From a virus, in the IMG/VR virus record IMGVR_UViG_3300045988_123324, positions 54,950 to 118,949 of that record: a stretch of 64,000 nt of DNA; one strand, given 5' to 3'. The position numbers and the translations under genes were made by a program. The notes beneath the pieces were generated by a model that made no database searches, was not told the DNA's origin, and saw nothing but the letters and a program-made list of their open reading frames with translations. Of the stretch, positions 29,357-37,919 are shown in pieces. The stretch's first letter is position 1. Each line of letters begins with the position of its first letter.

Positions 29357-30050
29357 TGCGGAAAGGAGACAATTAAAATGAACTAGGACTTCATAAGACT
29401 TTCGCCTTACTCCGTCTGTGAGACTAGGCAGGTAAACGCGAATACCATTTTGCCTAGAGAACACACACGTCTGTCAAAGAACCACTTTATAAGATGTGGT
29501 AGAAATACTCCGTGTAAGTCATTTCTATAGCGGCTACATACCCAACGCGCTTTCCACATCCAGTAGCCATTGCAACAACACCATTATCTTGTTGCTCCCA
29601 ATCTAGGTTGAAACCTTATCTTCTCTGTAGCAGGATTTTTGGATTTGCACCAAAGTCTTACAACTGGTTTTGTTGTATGTTCTTCTGTTAAACTAAATCC
29701 GCATGGTCGGGCATACAGGTAACGCTCCTGTGTCTTGGGTTTATAAGACCCCTGCACTCACTTTTGTGCTAATGCCCAATATTTCTTATGTAGCCCCACC
29801 CATCGCCCATAAGTTGAAGCCATTCTGACATTCTGCTTTGAGTTGTCAAGCATGCGCTTCCTCCTGCTGTTTGTACTTTTGGCTTTTATTATCTAGGCAC
29901 AGCCTACTCGCACATCATTTTGTTATATATCAGTATTTTGTTTTGCTGTTTGTGCCTACTCACAAGACGCTTATGGACACCTGCTGTGTTAGATTTGATT
30001 TCAGTTCAAATTTATAAATGATTTGCTGTCTGCGTCTTTATGTATATATC
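29357..30050 (-). ncRNA. about 700-nt ORF-free structured region downstream of the DUF2828 gene (candidate large ncRNA or structured 3' UTR)
   Basis: There is no ORF of 60 aa or more on the minus strand. Many complementary segments are present (AAGACGC/GCGUCUU, CUAGGCA/UGCCUAG, GGAUUU/AAAUCC). No internal promoter was seen, and it ends at a strong terminator. Confidence 0.5.
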
Positions 30051-31598
30051 TTACCACATCTTTTTACTGTTGTCAACCCTAATTTCAAAAATTTTATCAA
30101 CAATTTCGTATCGTGGTAAATTAAGTTGCTTTACAAGAGCCTTATACGGATCTAGCTCACTTGACATCACCATATCCATAAGATTCTTGCTGAATCCACT
30201 GATAAGAATTACTCCATTTTCATTCTGCGTGAGAGGTACTGTGTTTGTCCTAGAATTTACGTTCCAGAAAACTAACTTTGGAAGTTTATATCCTTCCTTC
30301 TTGTACTTTTCCGCTATGGTTTCAAACAACGCTTTATTGCCCTTTTCATTGTAATATCCTTGCGCCATGTTGAACTCCATATCACTCACAATTAGTACAG
30401 TCTTTGGCATATCTTCTTGTGATACGCCATTCTTTACTGCGGTGTCAAGAATAAGATCAAAAACACTCTCAATATTCGTACTTGAAATATCATCATATTT
30501 TGCAAGATATTTGAGCTTATCATGAAGATTATCAAGATGTGATACATCAATCAACTTAGCCCATGAACTAAACGTGATGAACTTGTCTTTGAACGCTCCT
30601 TCATTATTCTCTGCACAATAAAGAGTGATTGCATCTGCAACTTCAAGTGCGGTAAGACCTGACTTATCAACTGGAACAGTCATAGATCCGCTACCATCAC
30701 GAACAACAACAGTATCGCTAAACCCATTACACTTATCCTGTGCTTTCCATAGTTGCTCAAGTGTCTCGTCATAATCCTTATGCACGGCACACCATTCACC
30801 AAACTCTGCGTAAGCATGGACAATATCATGGAGAAACATAGCGTTTGCATTGATCTTTGTCTCACCCTTCTTGAGTGATTCAAGATACTTTTCTCTGCGC
30901 TCCCCATCATGACGCTCAAACGCATTACGATAGTTTACATTAGCCTTTGATGGAACTGCTGAGTAGTCAATTTCTCCCCACTCATTTTCAGACATCTTAC
31001 GCTCAACAACATCAATATATGCACGTAGTTCTGATAAAATCTTTCGATATTCGCTCTTTAGCATACCAAGATAATTGCAGATCATCTTTGCTTTTGCACA
31101 AGTTTCTTTACTGCTTGCATTGATGCTAGGAAGCCATTTTGCCAGGAGTGATACAGATTTCTTATCATCCATATCTTGCATATCATTCACAAGTTGCTTG
31201 TCAATCTTATCTAAAATCATATTGCGAATAAAATCATTGTCTGTACGATAGGCAATATCTACGTAATCATCCCATCGACCATATTCCGCAATATCAACTT
31301 CCTTAATAAAGATATTGGCAAGATCAACATCATATGAGATAAGTTCAAGCACAAAGTCTCTAAATGATTTACGCTCGCCGATTCCTTCTCGAACATCCCT
31401 AAGATAAAGAAGCCACTTGAGCGTCAGCTTTTCATCCTCATTGAGTGCTTGCTTAAACAAGTCCTTATCAATAGTCTTTCTAAATGAAGGTACTTGAAAA
31501 TTTAGATCAACTAACTTACTTCCAGATGTTTTAAATCCAACAGCACCATTCTCTGTTACTGACTTTTCGTCATTCTCAATCATTTTCATAAAATCCAT
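30051..31598 (-). CDS. DUF2828-family protein with a C-terminal vWA domain (Ro60/TROVE-like architecture)
   Basis: N-terminal VTENGAVGFKTSGSKLVDLNF (DUF2828 signature as remembered). vWA MIDAS motif VVVRDGSGSM. AGGAGG RBS. Confidence 0.65.
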   Translation of the reverse strand: MDFMKMIENDEKSVTENGAVGFKTSGSKLVDLNFQVPSFRKTIDKDLFKQALNEDEKLTLKWLLYLRDVREGIGERKSFRDFVLELISYDVDLANIFIKEVDIAEYGRWDDYVDIAYRTDNDFIRNMILDKIDKQLVNDMQDMDDKKSVSLLAKWLPSINASSKETCAKAKMICNYLGMLKSEYRKILSELRAYIDVVERKMSENEWGEIDYSAVPSKANVNYRNAFERHDGERREKYLESLKKGETKINANAMFLHDIVHAYAEFGEWCAVHKDYDETLEQLWKAQDKCNGFSDTVVVRDGSGSMTVPVDKSGLTALEVADAITLYCAENNEGAFKDKFITFSSWAKLIDVSHLDNLHDKLKYLAKYDDISSTNIESVFDLILDTAVKNGVSQEDMPKTVLIVSDMEFNMAQGYYNEKGNKALFETIAEKYKKEGYKLPKLVFWNVNSRTNTVPLTQNENGVILISGFSKNLMDMVMSSELDPYKALVKQLNLPRYEIVDKIFEIRVDNSKKMW

Positions 31599-31799
31599 GT
31601 TTTATTCCTCCTAGACACTAAATAGTCAAACTGCTGTAAATGCCTAAATACTCAAGACAGTATCTTGTTAGCTGATTTTAGGTCAGCACAGAATGATTGC
31701 TGTTACTGCCTTTTATTTCATATATTCTCTGGTAGGCAATTATATCCTACTACAAGTCCGCAAACTTGTCAGCCTATTAAATGTTTCAGAGAAAAATTA

Positions 31800-31886
31800 T
31801 GGTGCTGACAGCGAGATTCGAACTCGCACCCACTTAACTAGAACGGTTTTTGAGACCGTCGTGTCTGCCAATTCCACCATGCCAGC
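31800..31886 (-). tRNA. tRNA-Leu (anticodon CAA), type II with long variable arm, CCA encoded
   Basis: GCTGGCA...ACGGT-CTCAAAA-ACCGT...GCGAGTTCGAATCTCGC-TGTCAGC-ACCA folds as a cloverleaf. Confidence 0.85.
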
Positions 31887-31898
31887 ATTATATCATAT

Positions 31899-32138
31899 TC
31901 AAATTCCAAAGTCAAGTCTTTCTTTTGGAATTTCTTGTTCGTATTCTGTACGATAGATTACAACCTTTTCTGCATCATACTTATTATATAACCCAGTTGA
32001 TAGCAAAATCGCATCCATCTCAGTGTGTACTTCACATAGGATCATATTTCCGTGTGTTTCTACATTACTGCATAAAGTTTCTAGCTTTTCTACAAGCTCT
32101 TTGTTTACTTCTTTATAGTAAGATTTAACGAGAATCAT
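31899..32138 (-). CDS. hypothetical protein (79 aa) between tRNA genes
   Basis: AAGGAAGAAG RBS before MILVKSYYKEV. The longer track ORF would overlap tRNA-Arg. Confidence 0.4.
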   Translation of the reverse strand: MILVKSYYKEVNKELVEKLETLCSNVETHGNMILCEVHTEMDAILLSTGLYNKYDAEKVVIYRTEYEQEIPKERLDFGI

Positions 32139-32162
32139 ATTATCTTCTTCCTTATTAACAAA

Positions 32163-32238
32163 TGGTACGCCTAGAGGAACTCGAATCCCCGACAAGTGCT
32201 TTAGAAGAACACTGCTCTTCCAACTGAGCTATAGGCGT
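32163..32238 (-). tRNA. tRNA-Arg (anticodon TCT), CCA encoded
   Basis: ACGCCTA..GCTC-AGTTGGAA-GAGC..GTGTT-CTTCTAA-AGCAC..GGGGA-TTCGAGT-TCCTC-TAGGCGT-ACCA. Confidence 0.85.
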
Positions 32239-32242
32239 ATTA

Positions 32243-32318
32243 TGGAGCTTCTAGCTAGGATTGAACTAGCGACCTACTGATTACAAATCAGTCGTTCTAC
32301 CAACTGAACTATAGAAGC
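32243..32318 (-). tRNA. tRNA-Gln (anticodon TTG), CCA encoded
   Basis: GCTTCTA..GTTC-AGTTGGTA-GAAC..ACTGA-TTTGTAA-TCAGT..TAGAAGC-TCCA. Confidence 0.85.
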
Positions 32319-32319
32319 A

Positions 32320-32603
32320 TGGTGGAGCTGACGGTATTGAAACCGTGTCCAGAGACTACTTTCATATAAACCTTATACACGCTTGTTGAAAAGGTTTTGG
32401 TAGATTAGGTCTACCAGCCCAATGACATAGTTGGTTTTATTAGACCACTAACAACATAACCAACTAGAAAAGTTATTAGTAGTTGCTTTTAAGCCGCTAG
32501 GCTGTAAACTTCGTTTTCGTCAGTTCTTTTGTTTGCTGTTTTACTGGTACGCCCCAGACGTGAGTTTATATGTAGTTTTCCTCTGTCGAAACCTTTCAGC
32601 CCC
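32320..32603 (-). ncRNA. ssrA: tmRNA (284 nt), tag ORF ANKRTDENEVYSLAA
   Basis: The 5' end GGGGCUGAAAGGUUUCGACAGAGG and the 3' end GGUUUCAAUACCGUCAGCUCCACCA form the tRNA-like domain. Internal GCA AAC AAA AGA ACU GAC GAA AAC GAA GUU UAC AGC CUA GCG GCU UAA. Confidence 0.85.
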
Positions 32604-32621
32604 GTTACAGTTCTTATTATA

Positions 32622-33365
32622 TCACTGTGAAACATCTTTGTCAAGCATTTTTTCTGCTTTTTCTTTTGATTCTTTTATTATAGAAATATCTCTCTCGCAA
32701 TCTGCCTTTATAAATCTTAGATTGATTCCATTTTTCTTGCAAGTCTTAATAAATTTTCTATATTCTATTTCACTCACAAGATTACTTCTCCCATTTATTG
32801 CTTCAACAATATAATCATCTAAGTAAAATACATCAACATTCTTTATTGGTGATACATTCATATTTTGGCTATATGCAAAAGTATAAACAGCACACATCAA
32901 AGAAAGTTCAAGTGCGTTTATCTCTGTAATCTTAAAGAAAGGCTCTTGGTATGTAATTTCTCCATTCTTAACAACTGTATAAGAACAAACATTCTTGTAA
33001 TTGCCTAAATATATCTTTAAGTAATCTTCTTCAAAAAATAATCTAATTTTCTTTCTCTTCTTTCTCTCTATTATTCTATATTCCTCAGACAGTCTATATA
33101 CTATATCTCTTTTGGCAAGACGATCTGTCATTAAAGAAAGTTGTTCTCTAAAATCTTCAAGACTATATGTATCTTTATACAAATTGCAATCGTGACAAGA
33201 AGGATTCAAGTTACTTTCATCATCAGTACCACCTTTACGTACTGCTAAGATATGATCTACTCTTAGATTTTTTCTATCTTCTATGAGTTTTCCACAGTAT
33301 GCACACCTCTTACCATACTTCATCCACACATTCTGTCTTGTTTTATCTTGTATTTTGCTTCGCAT
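32622..33365 (-). CDS. HNH endonuclease-domain protein
   Basis: CAYCGK...LRVDHILAVRKGGTDDESNLNPSCHDCN (HNH with Zn Cys pairs). The C-terminal 170 aa are unassigned. Confidence 0.75.
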   Translation of the reverse strand: MRSKIQDKTRQNVWMKYGKRCAYCGKLIEDRKNLRVDHILAVRKGGTDDESNLNPSCHDCNLYKDTYSLEDFREQLSLMTDRLAKRDIVYRLSEEYRIIERKKRKKIRLFFEEDYLKIYLGNYKNVCSYTVVKNGEITYQEPFFKITEINALELSLMCAVYTFAYSQNMNVSPIKNVDVFYLDDYIVEAINGRSNLVSEIEYRKFIKTCKKNGINLRFIKADCERDISIIKESKEKAEKMLDKDVSQ

Positions 33366-33405
33366 ATTTAACCTCTTTACATTGCAGACAATTTCTCTTT
33401 TATTG

Positions 33406-33435
33406 ATTATATCACAAGGTAAATGCTTCTGTCAA
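33406..33435 (-). promoter_or_regulatory. sigma-A-type promoter for the HNH-tmRNA-tRNA transcription unit
   Basis: Minus strand TTGACA, 18-nt spacer, TATAAT. Confidence 0.55.
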
Positions 33436-33519
33436 CACATATTTTCCATTATCTGTCAAGTAGGTATAGTTATCCTTAAACCAACATACATATATTTTTA
33501 TTTCATATTATTAAACTCC

Positions 33520-34145
33520 TAACATCGTTTACGTACTTTGTACTTCAACTCGTTAGGGCTACACAAACCTCGTTTGCTCCGCACTCTCTTCTCTATTTAT
33601 TTTCTGTATTTTTTTTTCTCTGTGTAACTTAACTTTTTAGGTAAACCCTCAATGGGAATTTCACTAGATTTAGGCTATTAGAGGGCATAGTACACCACCT
33701 AGGAAACAAAAAAGACGCTAAAAATGGACGCACGAATACACCGCAAAATGCAGTGTAATTACGATCCATAATTAGTTCTTAGTTGTTTCTCTAGGTGTCC
33801 TAACATACATACATAATCAATGAGATTTCACTGAGTTTGAGTATATCGTCAGGGTTCTGTTTTTACAGAACTAGACTTACTGTTAAGCATTTAAGCAGTC
33901 CTCATGCCAGTAAGCCGACCACCCTACCGAAGTAGCCTGCTCCCAACCTAACCGATTATAGCCGTTACCGCAGCATATTATTTACATAATATGTCCTCTG
34001 TACGCCAGAGGAAGTCCCCATTTTAAGTGTCGCGGCTGGGATAGACCGCGTGTCCGTATGTCTTACCCTCCAGTTTAGATTTTATCTTACTATATCACTA
34101 GACCCATTAGCGAACATAGCCTTGCTAGGTAAGCCCCAATATTTA
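33520..34145 (-). ncRNA. about 620-nt promoter-driven ORF-free structured region (candidate large ncRNA)
   Basis: A consensus promoter points into it and no ORF was found. Hairpins include CUAC-UUCG-GUAG, CAUAUUAU-GUAA-AUAAUAUG, GUUCUG-UAAAAA-CAGAAC and CGCGG...CCGCG. Confidence 0.5.
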
Positions 34146-34157
34146 GTTTGTATATGC

Positions 34158-34186
34158 ATTATATCACAGAAAAAACCGCTTGTCAA
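34158..34186 (-). promoter_or_regulatory. consensus sigma-A promoter facing the ORF-free region
   Basis: Minus strand TTGACA (34181-34186), 17-nt spacer, TATAAT (34158-34163). Confidence 0.65.
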
Positions 34187-34219
34187 CAGTTTTTTAAAAT
34201 TTTTTTTATTAAATTAGTA

Positions 34220-34248
34220 TTGACAAACTGATTTTATTTTGATATAAT
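34220..34248 (+). promoter_or_regulatory. consensus sigma-A promoter (divergent partner)
   Basis: TTGACA, 17-nt spacer, TATAAT. Confidence 0.65.
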
Positions 34249-34319
34249 GAACAACAATAAGTGCTGTCCGCAAAGTATGATAGCACAGAAGGTAAATTTT
34301 GTCAATAGTAGGAGGAAAT

Positions 34320-34553
34320 ATGAAACAGAAATATAGGACGGCAATCTACAATATTGCACACAACATTCCAGACAGCCTAAAAGAAAATGAAGAATATGTG
34401 CATCTTATTGCAAGACATTTAATGAAAAGACTTTATGATTTAACGGATATTAGTTATATATTTGTTGTTATTAATGAATTAGCAAATGGAACAAAGCATA
34501 AAAAGGATAAAGAAGTTATAAGACACTTTTATACTGAGTTAAGTGTGATATAA
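34320..34553 (+). CDS. hypothetical protein (77 aa)
   Basis: AGGAGG RBS before ATG 34320. Confidence 0.5.
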   Translation: MKQKYRTAIYNIAHNIPDSLKENEEYVHLIARHLMKRLYDLTDISYIFVVINELANGTKHKKDKEVIRHFYTELSVI

Positions 34554-34572
34554 AAATTTTCTGAAAATTATA

Positions 34573-34601
34573 TTGACATTAGCCATAATTTGTGCTATAC
34601 T
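34573..34601 (+). promoter_or_regulatory. sigma-A promoter with extended -10
   Basis: TTGACA, 17-nt spacer, TGcTATACT. Confidence 0.6.
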
Positions 34602-34636
34602 CTAATATAGAATTATATGTGGTCTTGGAGGAAGAT

Positions 34637-35167
34637 ATGATACAAAAACACACAGGAAGTAAAAATGTTCAAGGAACGATTACTTTGAACAAGACAGCAC
34701 TTTCTGATATTGGTGAGTTATACAGACTTATGCCCTCTGCTGCGCGAATTTGGTTCTTGCTTATCGCTTACGCAGACGATAATAATGCAATTATAACAGA
34801 TACTTCGACAATATCAAAAATGCTTGGAATGGATATTAAGAGAGTAGAATGTGCGTTACACAAGCTAGTTGAGAATGGTTATATTACAATTATTCTTGTA
34901 AAACTAAGGCATGAAAATGATTTGATTGGCGTACAGCATGATGAAGAAATGTACGAAAACACTGAAAAAGAAGTTTGGCGTGTTGTGCGTGAGAAATATC
35001 TAGGAACAATTAAATTCTCTGAGAAGAAACTAAAGATACGAATAAATGAAAATATAGTACAGTGTAGCAATAATCAGAGAAACAATATACTTATTGGCTT
35101 AGACAAAGATGGAAAAGTGTTTTATGACACAAGGATTAGGGATAACGAAATTATTTGGGAACTTTAA
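34637..35167 (+). CDS. winged-helix DNA-binding protein (regulator or replication-initiator-like)
   Basis: GGAGG RBS. ...IWFLLIAYADDNNAIITDTSTISKMLGMDIKRVECALHKLVENGYI. Confidence 0.5.
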   Translation: MIQKHTGSKNVQGTITLNKTALSDIGELYRLMPSAARIWFLLIAYADDNNAIITDTSTISKMLGMDIKRVECALHKLVENGYITIILVKLRHENDLIGVQHDEEMYENTEKEVWRVVREKYLGTIKFSEKKLKIRINENIVQCSNNQRNNILIGLDKDGKVFYDTRIRDNEIIWEL

Positions 35168-35179
35168 GTGAGGGAAGAC

Positions 35180-35350
35180 ATGAAATTACAGAACACAAAT
35201 ATAAATATCAGGGTTACAAAGAAGATGCGCGAACAGTTAGTTGAGATCTCAAAAGAGCGTGGAGTAAGCTATTCTTCTGTGCTACGTAAAATGATTAAGG
35301 AATATATTGCAAGGAATGGGGAGATTGATCTCCTTGATGAGGACGAGTAA
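35180..35350 (+). CDS. ribbon-helix-helix (CopG/Arc-like) protein
   Basis: NINIRVTKKMREQLVEISKERGVSYSSVLRKMIKEY. Confidence 0.6.
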   Translation: MKLQNTNINIRVTKKMREQLVEISKERGVSYSSVLRKMIKEYIARNGEIDLLDEDE

Positions 35351-36150
35351 TGTTTGAGCATGAGAGACTTCTATCTTCAAAACTAGAAGAAAATGTGTTT
35401 TCGTTTCGCGCAAAGAAAGACAAAATATTTTTAGTCACCTTATCAGACTTACACGTTGGAGCAGGGGATAGGAATTATATCAAGGAAATAATAAAGTTTA
35501 TTTTATCTGTACCAAATATGTATGTAGTCCTTGGTGGAGACATGGTAAATAATACAACAAAAACTTCAAAGGGAACTACACTTGAGGAATATGCAAGTGG
35601 ACAAGAACAAATAAATCTATTGGTGGAATATTTGAAGCCTCTTGCTGATGATAATAGAATTATTGCCGTTGTTGGTGGGGGAAATCATGAAAGACGGTCA
35701 TATAATGACTGCTTTATCTCTCTACCACAGATGATTGCAACACTTCTTGGGATACCAGATCTATATGTTGGAGAATTTGGCATTGGATATATCAATGTAA
35801 ACAAAAACTGCTATATGTACGGTGTTGTCCACCAACACAGAAAGACAAGAAACTATTATGAGCACATGAATATGGATATTCTAATCATGGAACATACGCA
35901 TGAACTAGATATTCGTCAAAAGCTAGTAATGGAACACAATAAATATGCAAAAAAGACTTATCTAAAACTTATATATGAAGTAGACAATGGTTCTGCTCTT
36001 GCGTTGCCGTCCTATGCAAAATTTGCAGGATATAGACCACTGCCAGTTGGATGCTATATCGCTGAACTTAGTGGGAACAGCAGGAATATAACTATGTGGA
36101 AGGATGTTGATTTATATAATGCAATCAAGCAAGGCTATCGAACCAATTAA
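35350..36150 (+). CDS. calcineurin-like metallophosphoesterase
   Basis: Motifs LSDLHVGAGD, LGGDMVNN, GGGNHE, and MEHTH. Confidence 0.75.
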   Translation: MFEHERLLSSKLEENVFSFRAKKDKIFLVTLSDLHVGAGDRNYIKEIIKFILSVPNMYVVLGGDMVNNTTKTSKGTTLEEYASGQEQINLLVEYLKPLADDNRIIAVVGGGNHERRSYNDCFISLPQMIATLLGIPDLYVGEFGIGYINVNKNCYMYGVVHQHRKTRNYYEHMNMDILIMEHTHELDIRQKLVMEHNKYAKKTYLKLIYEVDNGSALALPSYAKFAGYRPLPVGCYIAELSGNSRNITMWKDVDLYNAIKQGYRTN

Positions 36151-36550
36151 ACAATTTAAGAGTATAAGAGAACTAAAAGATTGTGCTAAGTGGTGGCAAA
36201 AAAGACTGTTTTTGGAGAACTGGTTTATAAAGTATGAACTTGTGGATAAGCGACTTGCAAAAGAAAGTGGAGAACCTATTGATGGATATTGCCAATTTTC
36301 AGTAGAAAACAAGGAAGCAAAGATAGTTATTTCAAATATGCCAACAGAAGAAGGTATCGTTGAATTTTCAGCAGAACTCACACTTGTTCATGAGCTTTTA
36401 CATATAAAAAGAGAGTATTTGCCAAGGTCATACAGTGAAGAAGACGTTGAATCTTTTGAAGATATTTTACTCCATCAAAGCCAAGAAGAAATGGCTAAGA
36501 CACTTCTTCTAACAAAATATGGCATTGAAAAGGATTGGTTTTTAAGATGA
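36119..36550 (+). CDS. putative zinc metallopeptidase (HExxH)
   Basis: TLVHELLHIKREY motif. The start is uncertain because no clear RBS was found. Confidence 0.45.
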   Translation: MQSSKAIEPIKQFKSIRELKDCAKWWQKRLFLENWFIKYELVDKRLAKESGEPIDGYCQFSVENKEAKIVISNMPTEEGIVEFSAELTLVHELLHIKREYLPRSYSEEDVESFEDILLHQSQEEMAKTLLLTKYGIEKDWFLR

Positions 36551-37215
36551 GATTTGACAATGACAAGGAAATCAACCTAAAAAACAACAAGGAAAGAGAT
36601 AGATTCTACAAGAAAATGTCTGAGGAACAGAAGCTATTCTTTCATTCTATTAAAGGAAACATCTTTACTTTTTGCGAAGCCGTTGCGGGAACAGGTAAAA
36701 GCCATGTTTCTGTCGCGGCTATGGTTGATATGCTTGCAAATGGAGAAATAGATAAAATCGTTTACATTCAAAAAGCATCTGAAAGATATTTAGAGCATGG
36801 ATTTCTTCCTGGTGGCATTGAAGAAAAAACAGAAGCACTTTGGACACCATTTTATGACGCTATGCTAACATTAGGATACTTCCCAGAGACAGTAAGTAGG
36901 ATGGTACAACAAGGCATTATTCAACTAACAACGGATTCAACCCTACGTGGCATAAATCTTGAGAACGCAGGAGTAATACTGGACGAATGTGAGTCGATGG
37001 ATACAGAAACACTTAAATTGATTTTTACCAGGTGTCATGATTCATGTCACGTAGTAATGATTGGGGATATTAAACAAAAAGATAACAGAGGACGAAATGA
37101 CTATTTCGTTGCCTATGGAGACTATTTAGCAAACAGTAAATTAGGAAACAAGTGCTATCTAACGAAGAACTATAGAGGAAAGTTTAGTCAGTTAGCAGAG
37201 GATTTTGGGGGTTAA
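36547..37215 (+). CDS. PhoH-like ATPase
   Basis: AVAGTGKSHV (Walker A), GFLPGGIEEK, VILDECESMD (Walker B), and IGDIKQKD. Confidence 0.8.
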   Translation: MRFDNDKEINLKNNKERDRFYKKMSEEQKLFFHSIKGNIFTFCEAVAGTGKSHVSVAAMVDMLANGEIDKIVYIQKASERYLEHGFLPGGIEEKTEALWTPFYDAMLTLGYFPETVSRMVQQGIIQLTTDSTLRGINLENAGVILDECESMDTETLKLIFTRCHDSCHVVMIGDIKQKDNRGRNDYFVAYGDYLANSKLGNKCYLTKNYRGKFSQLAEDFGG

Positions 37216-37217
37216 TC

Positions 37218-37397
37218 ATGAATAAATACAGAGTAGCATTTAATGTAGACGGTAAGATTAATTATATAACCGTTGACGCGACGTATTATGTGAGACAAGA
37301 AGGATTTGTTGATTTTATAAGGATCAAAGAAGATGGAGACGATGAAGAAGTGTTTTCTATCAAGATCGACCACGTTATCAGTATTTTAAAATCTTAA
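37218..37397 (+). CDS. hypothetical protein (59 aa, below the track cutoff)
   Basis: The ATG is 3 nt after the phoH-like stop, with a GGGGG RBS. A hairpin terminator follows. Confidence 0.4.
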   Translation: MNKYRVAFNVDGKINYITVDATYYVRQEGFVDFIRIKEDGDDEEVFSIKIDHVISILKS

Positions 37398-37420
37398 CCA
37401 AATTTTAATTTAGAGATGTA

Positions 37421-37449
37421 TTGACATCTCTATTTTTATATGTTAATAT
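37421..37449 (+). promoter_or_regulatory. sigma-A promoter whose -35 sits inside a terminator-like palindrome
   Basis: TTGACA, 17-nt spacer, TAATAT. TAGAGATGT-a-ttg-ACATCTCTA followed by TTTTT overlaps the -35. Confidence 0.55.
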
Positions 37450-37476
37450 GTAGACATAGAAAGAGAGGTAATAGAA

Positions 37477-37731
37477 ATGGCAACCATGATTTTATCAGTG
37501 ATTTTTGTTTTTGCATCAACATATCTTTTTAAGAACAAGAAGTACATTCTTGGACTGGTTAGTTTCCTTATCGGCGGGGCATTTGCTCTATTTACACAAA
37601 ACCCACCATCTGTGGTGTTCCTTGCACTGCTTATTGCTTGGTTTACCACACCAGTAAAGCCGACCAAGGCAACAAAGAAAAGCCCAGTGGGGGGTTTCAG
37701 AAAGCCCACCATGAGTTATATGATGAGGTAA
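37477..37731 (+). CDS. membrane protein (84 aa)
   Basis: GAGAGG RBS. Three hydrophobic helices and a basic C-terminus. Confidence 0.55.
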   Translation: MATMILSVIFVFASTYLFKNKKYILGLVSFLIGGAFALFTQNPPSVVFLALLIAWFTTPVKPTKATKKSPVGGFRKPTMSYMMR

Positions 37732-37733
37732 AT

Positions 37734-37919
37734 ATGAGGGATTATACAATAAAATCGTGCAGTAGTGATATATCCTTTTGTGCAGGAAACTGCTCAAACA
37801 TGGACTGTGACAGAAACATGGATGGTGCGTTATTCAACAGAGCAAAGAGAGCAAAAGATTTTTACTATGCAGTATGCGATTTTAGCAAAGAATGTAGTAA
37901 ATATAAGGAGAAGAAATGA
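37734..37919 (+). CDS. Cys-rich small protein (61 aa)
   Basis: MRDYTIKSCSSDISFCAGNCSNMDCDRN...CDFSKEC. Confidence 0.45.
   Translation: MRDYTIKSCSSDISFCAGNCSNMDCDRNMDGALFNRAKRAKDFYYAVCDFSKECSKYKEKK

Noticed and set aside
29349-29375. GAGCCTTATGCGGAAAGG, which looks like the start of a group II intron domain V.
   Set aside because: There is no complementary 3' half to form the 34-nt DV hairpin. No GUGYG 5' end is in register and there is no RT ORF. On the minus strand this segment is part of the terminator.
31693-32128. Plus-strand ORFs (87 and 92 aa) and the long form of the minus-strand ORF 31899-32195.
   Set aside because: They overlap the tRNA-Leu and tRNA-Arg genes. Only the shorter 31899-32138 form, which has an RBS, is retained.
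33995-34015. Plus-strand CAGAGGAAGTCCCCA, which resembles the RNase P RNA P4 strand (GAGGAAAGUCC).
   Set aside because: It lacks one A of the invariant motif. The complementary P4 strand and the ACAGAA...GGCUUA context are not on the same strand. The promoter evidence points to minus-strand transcription.
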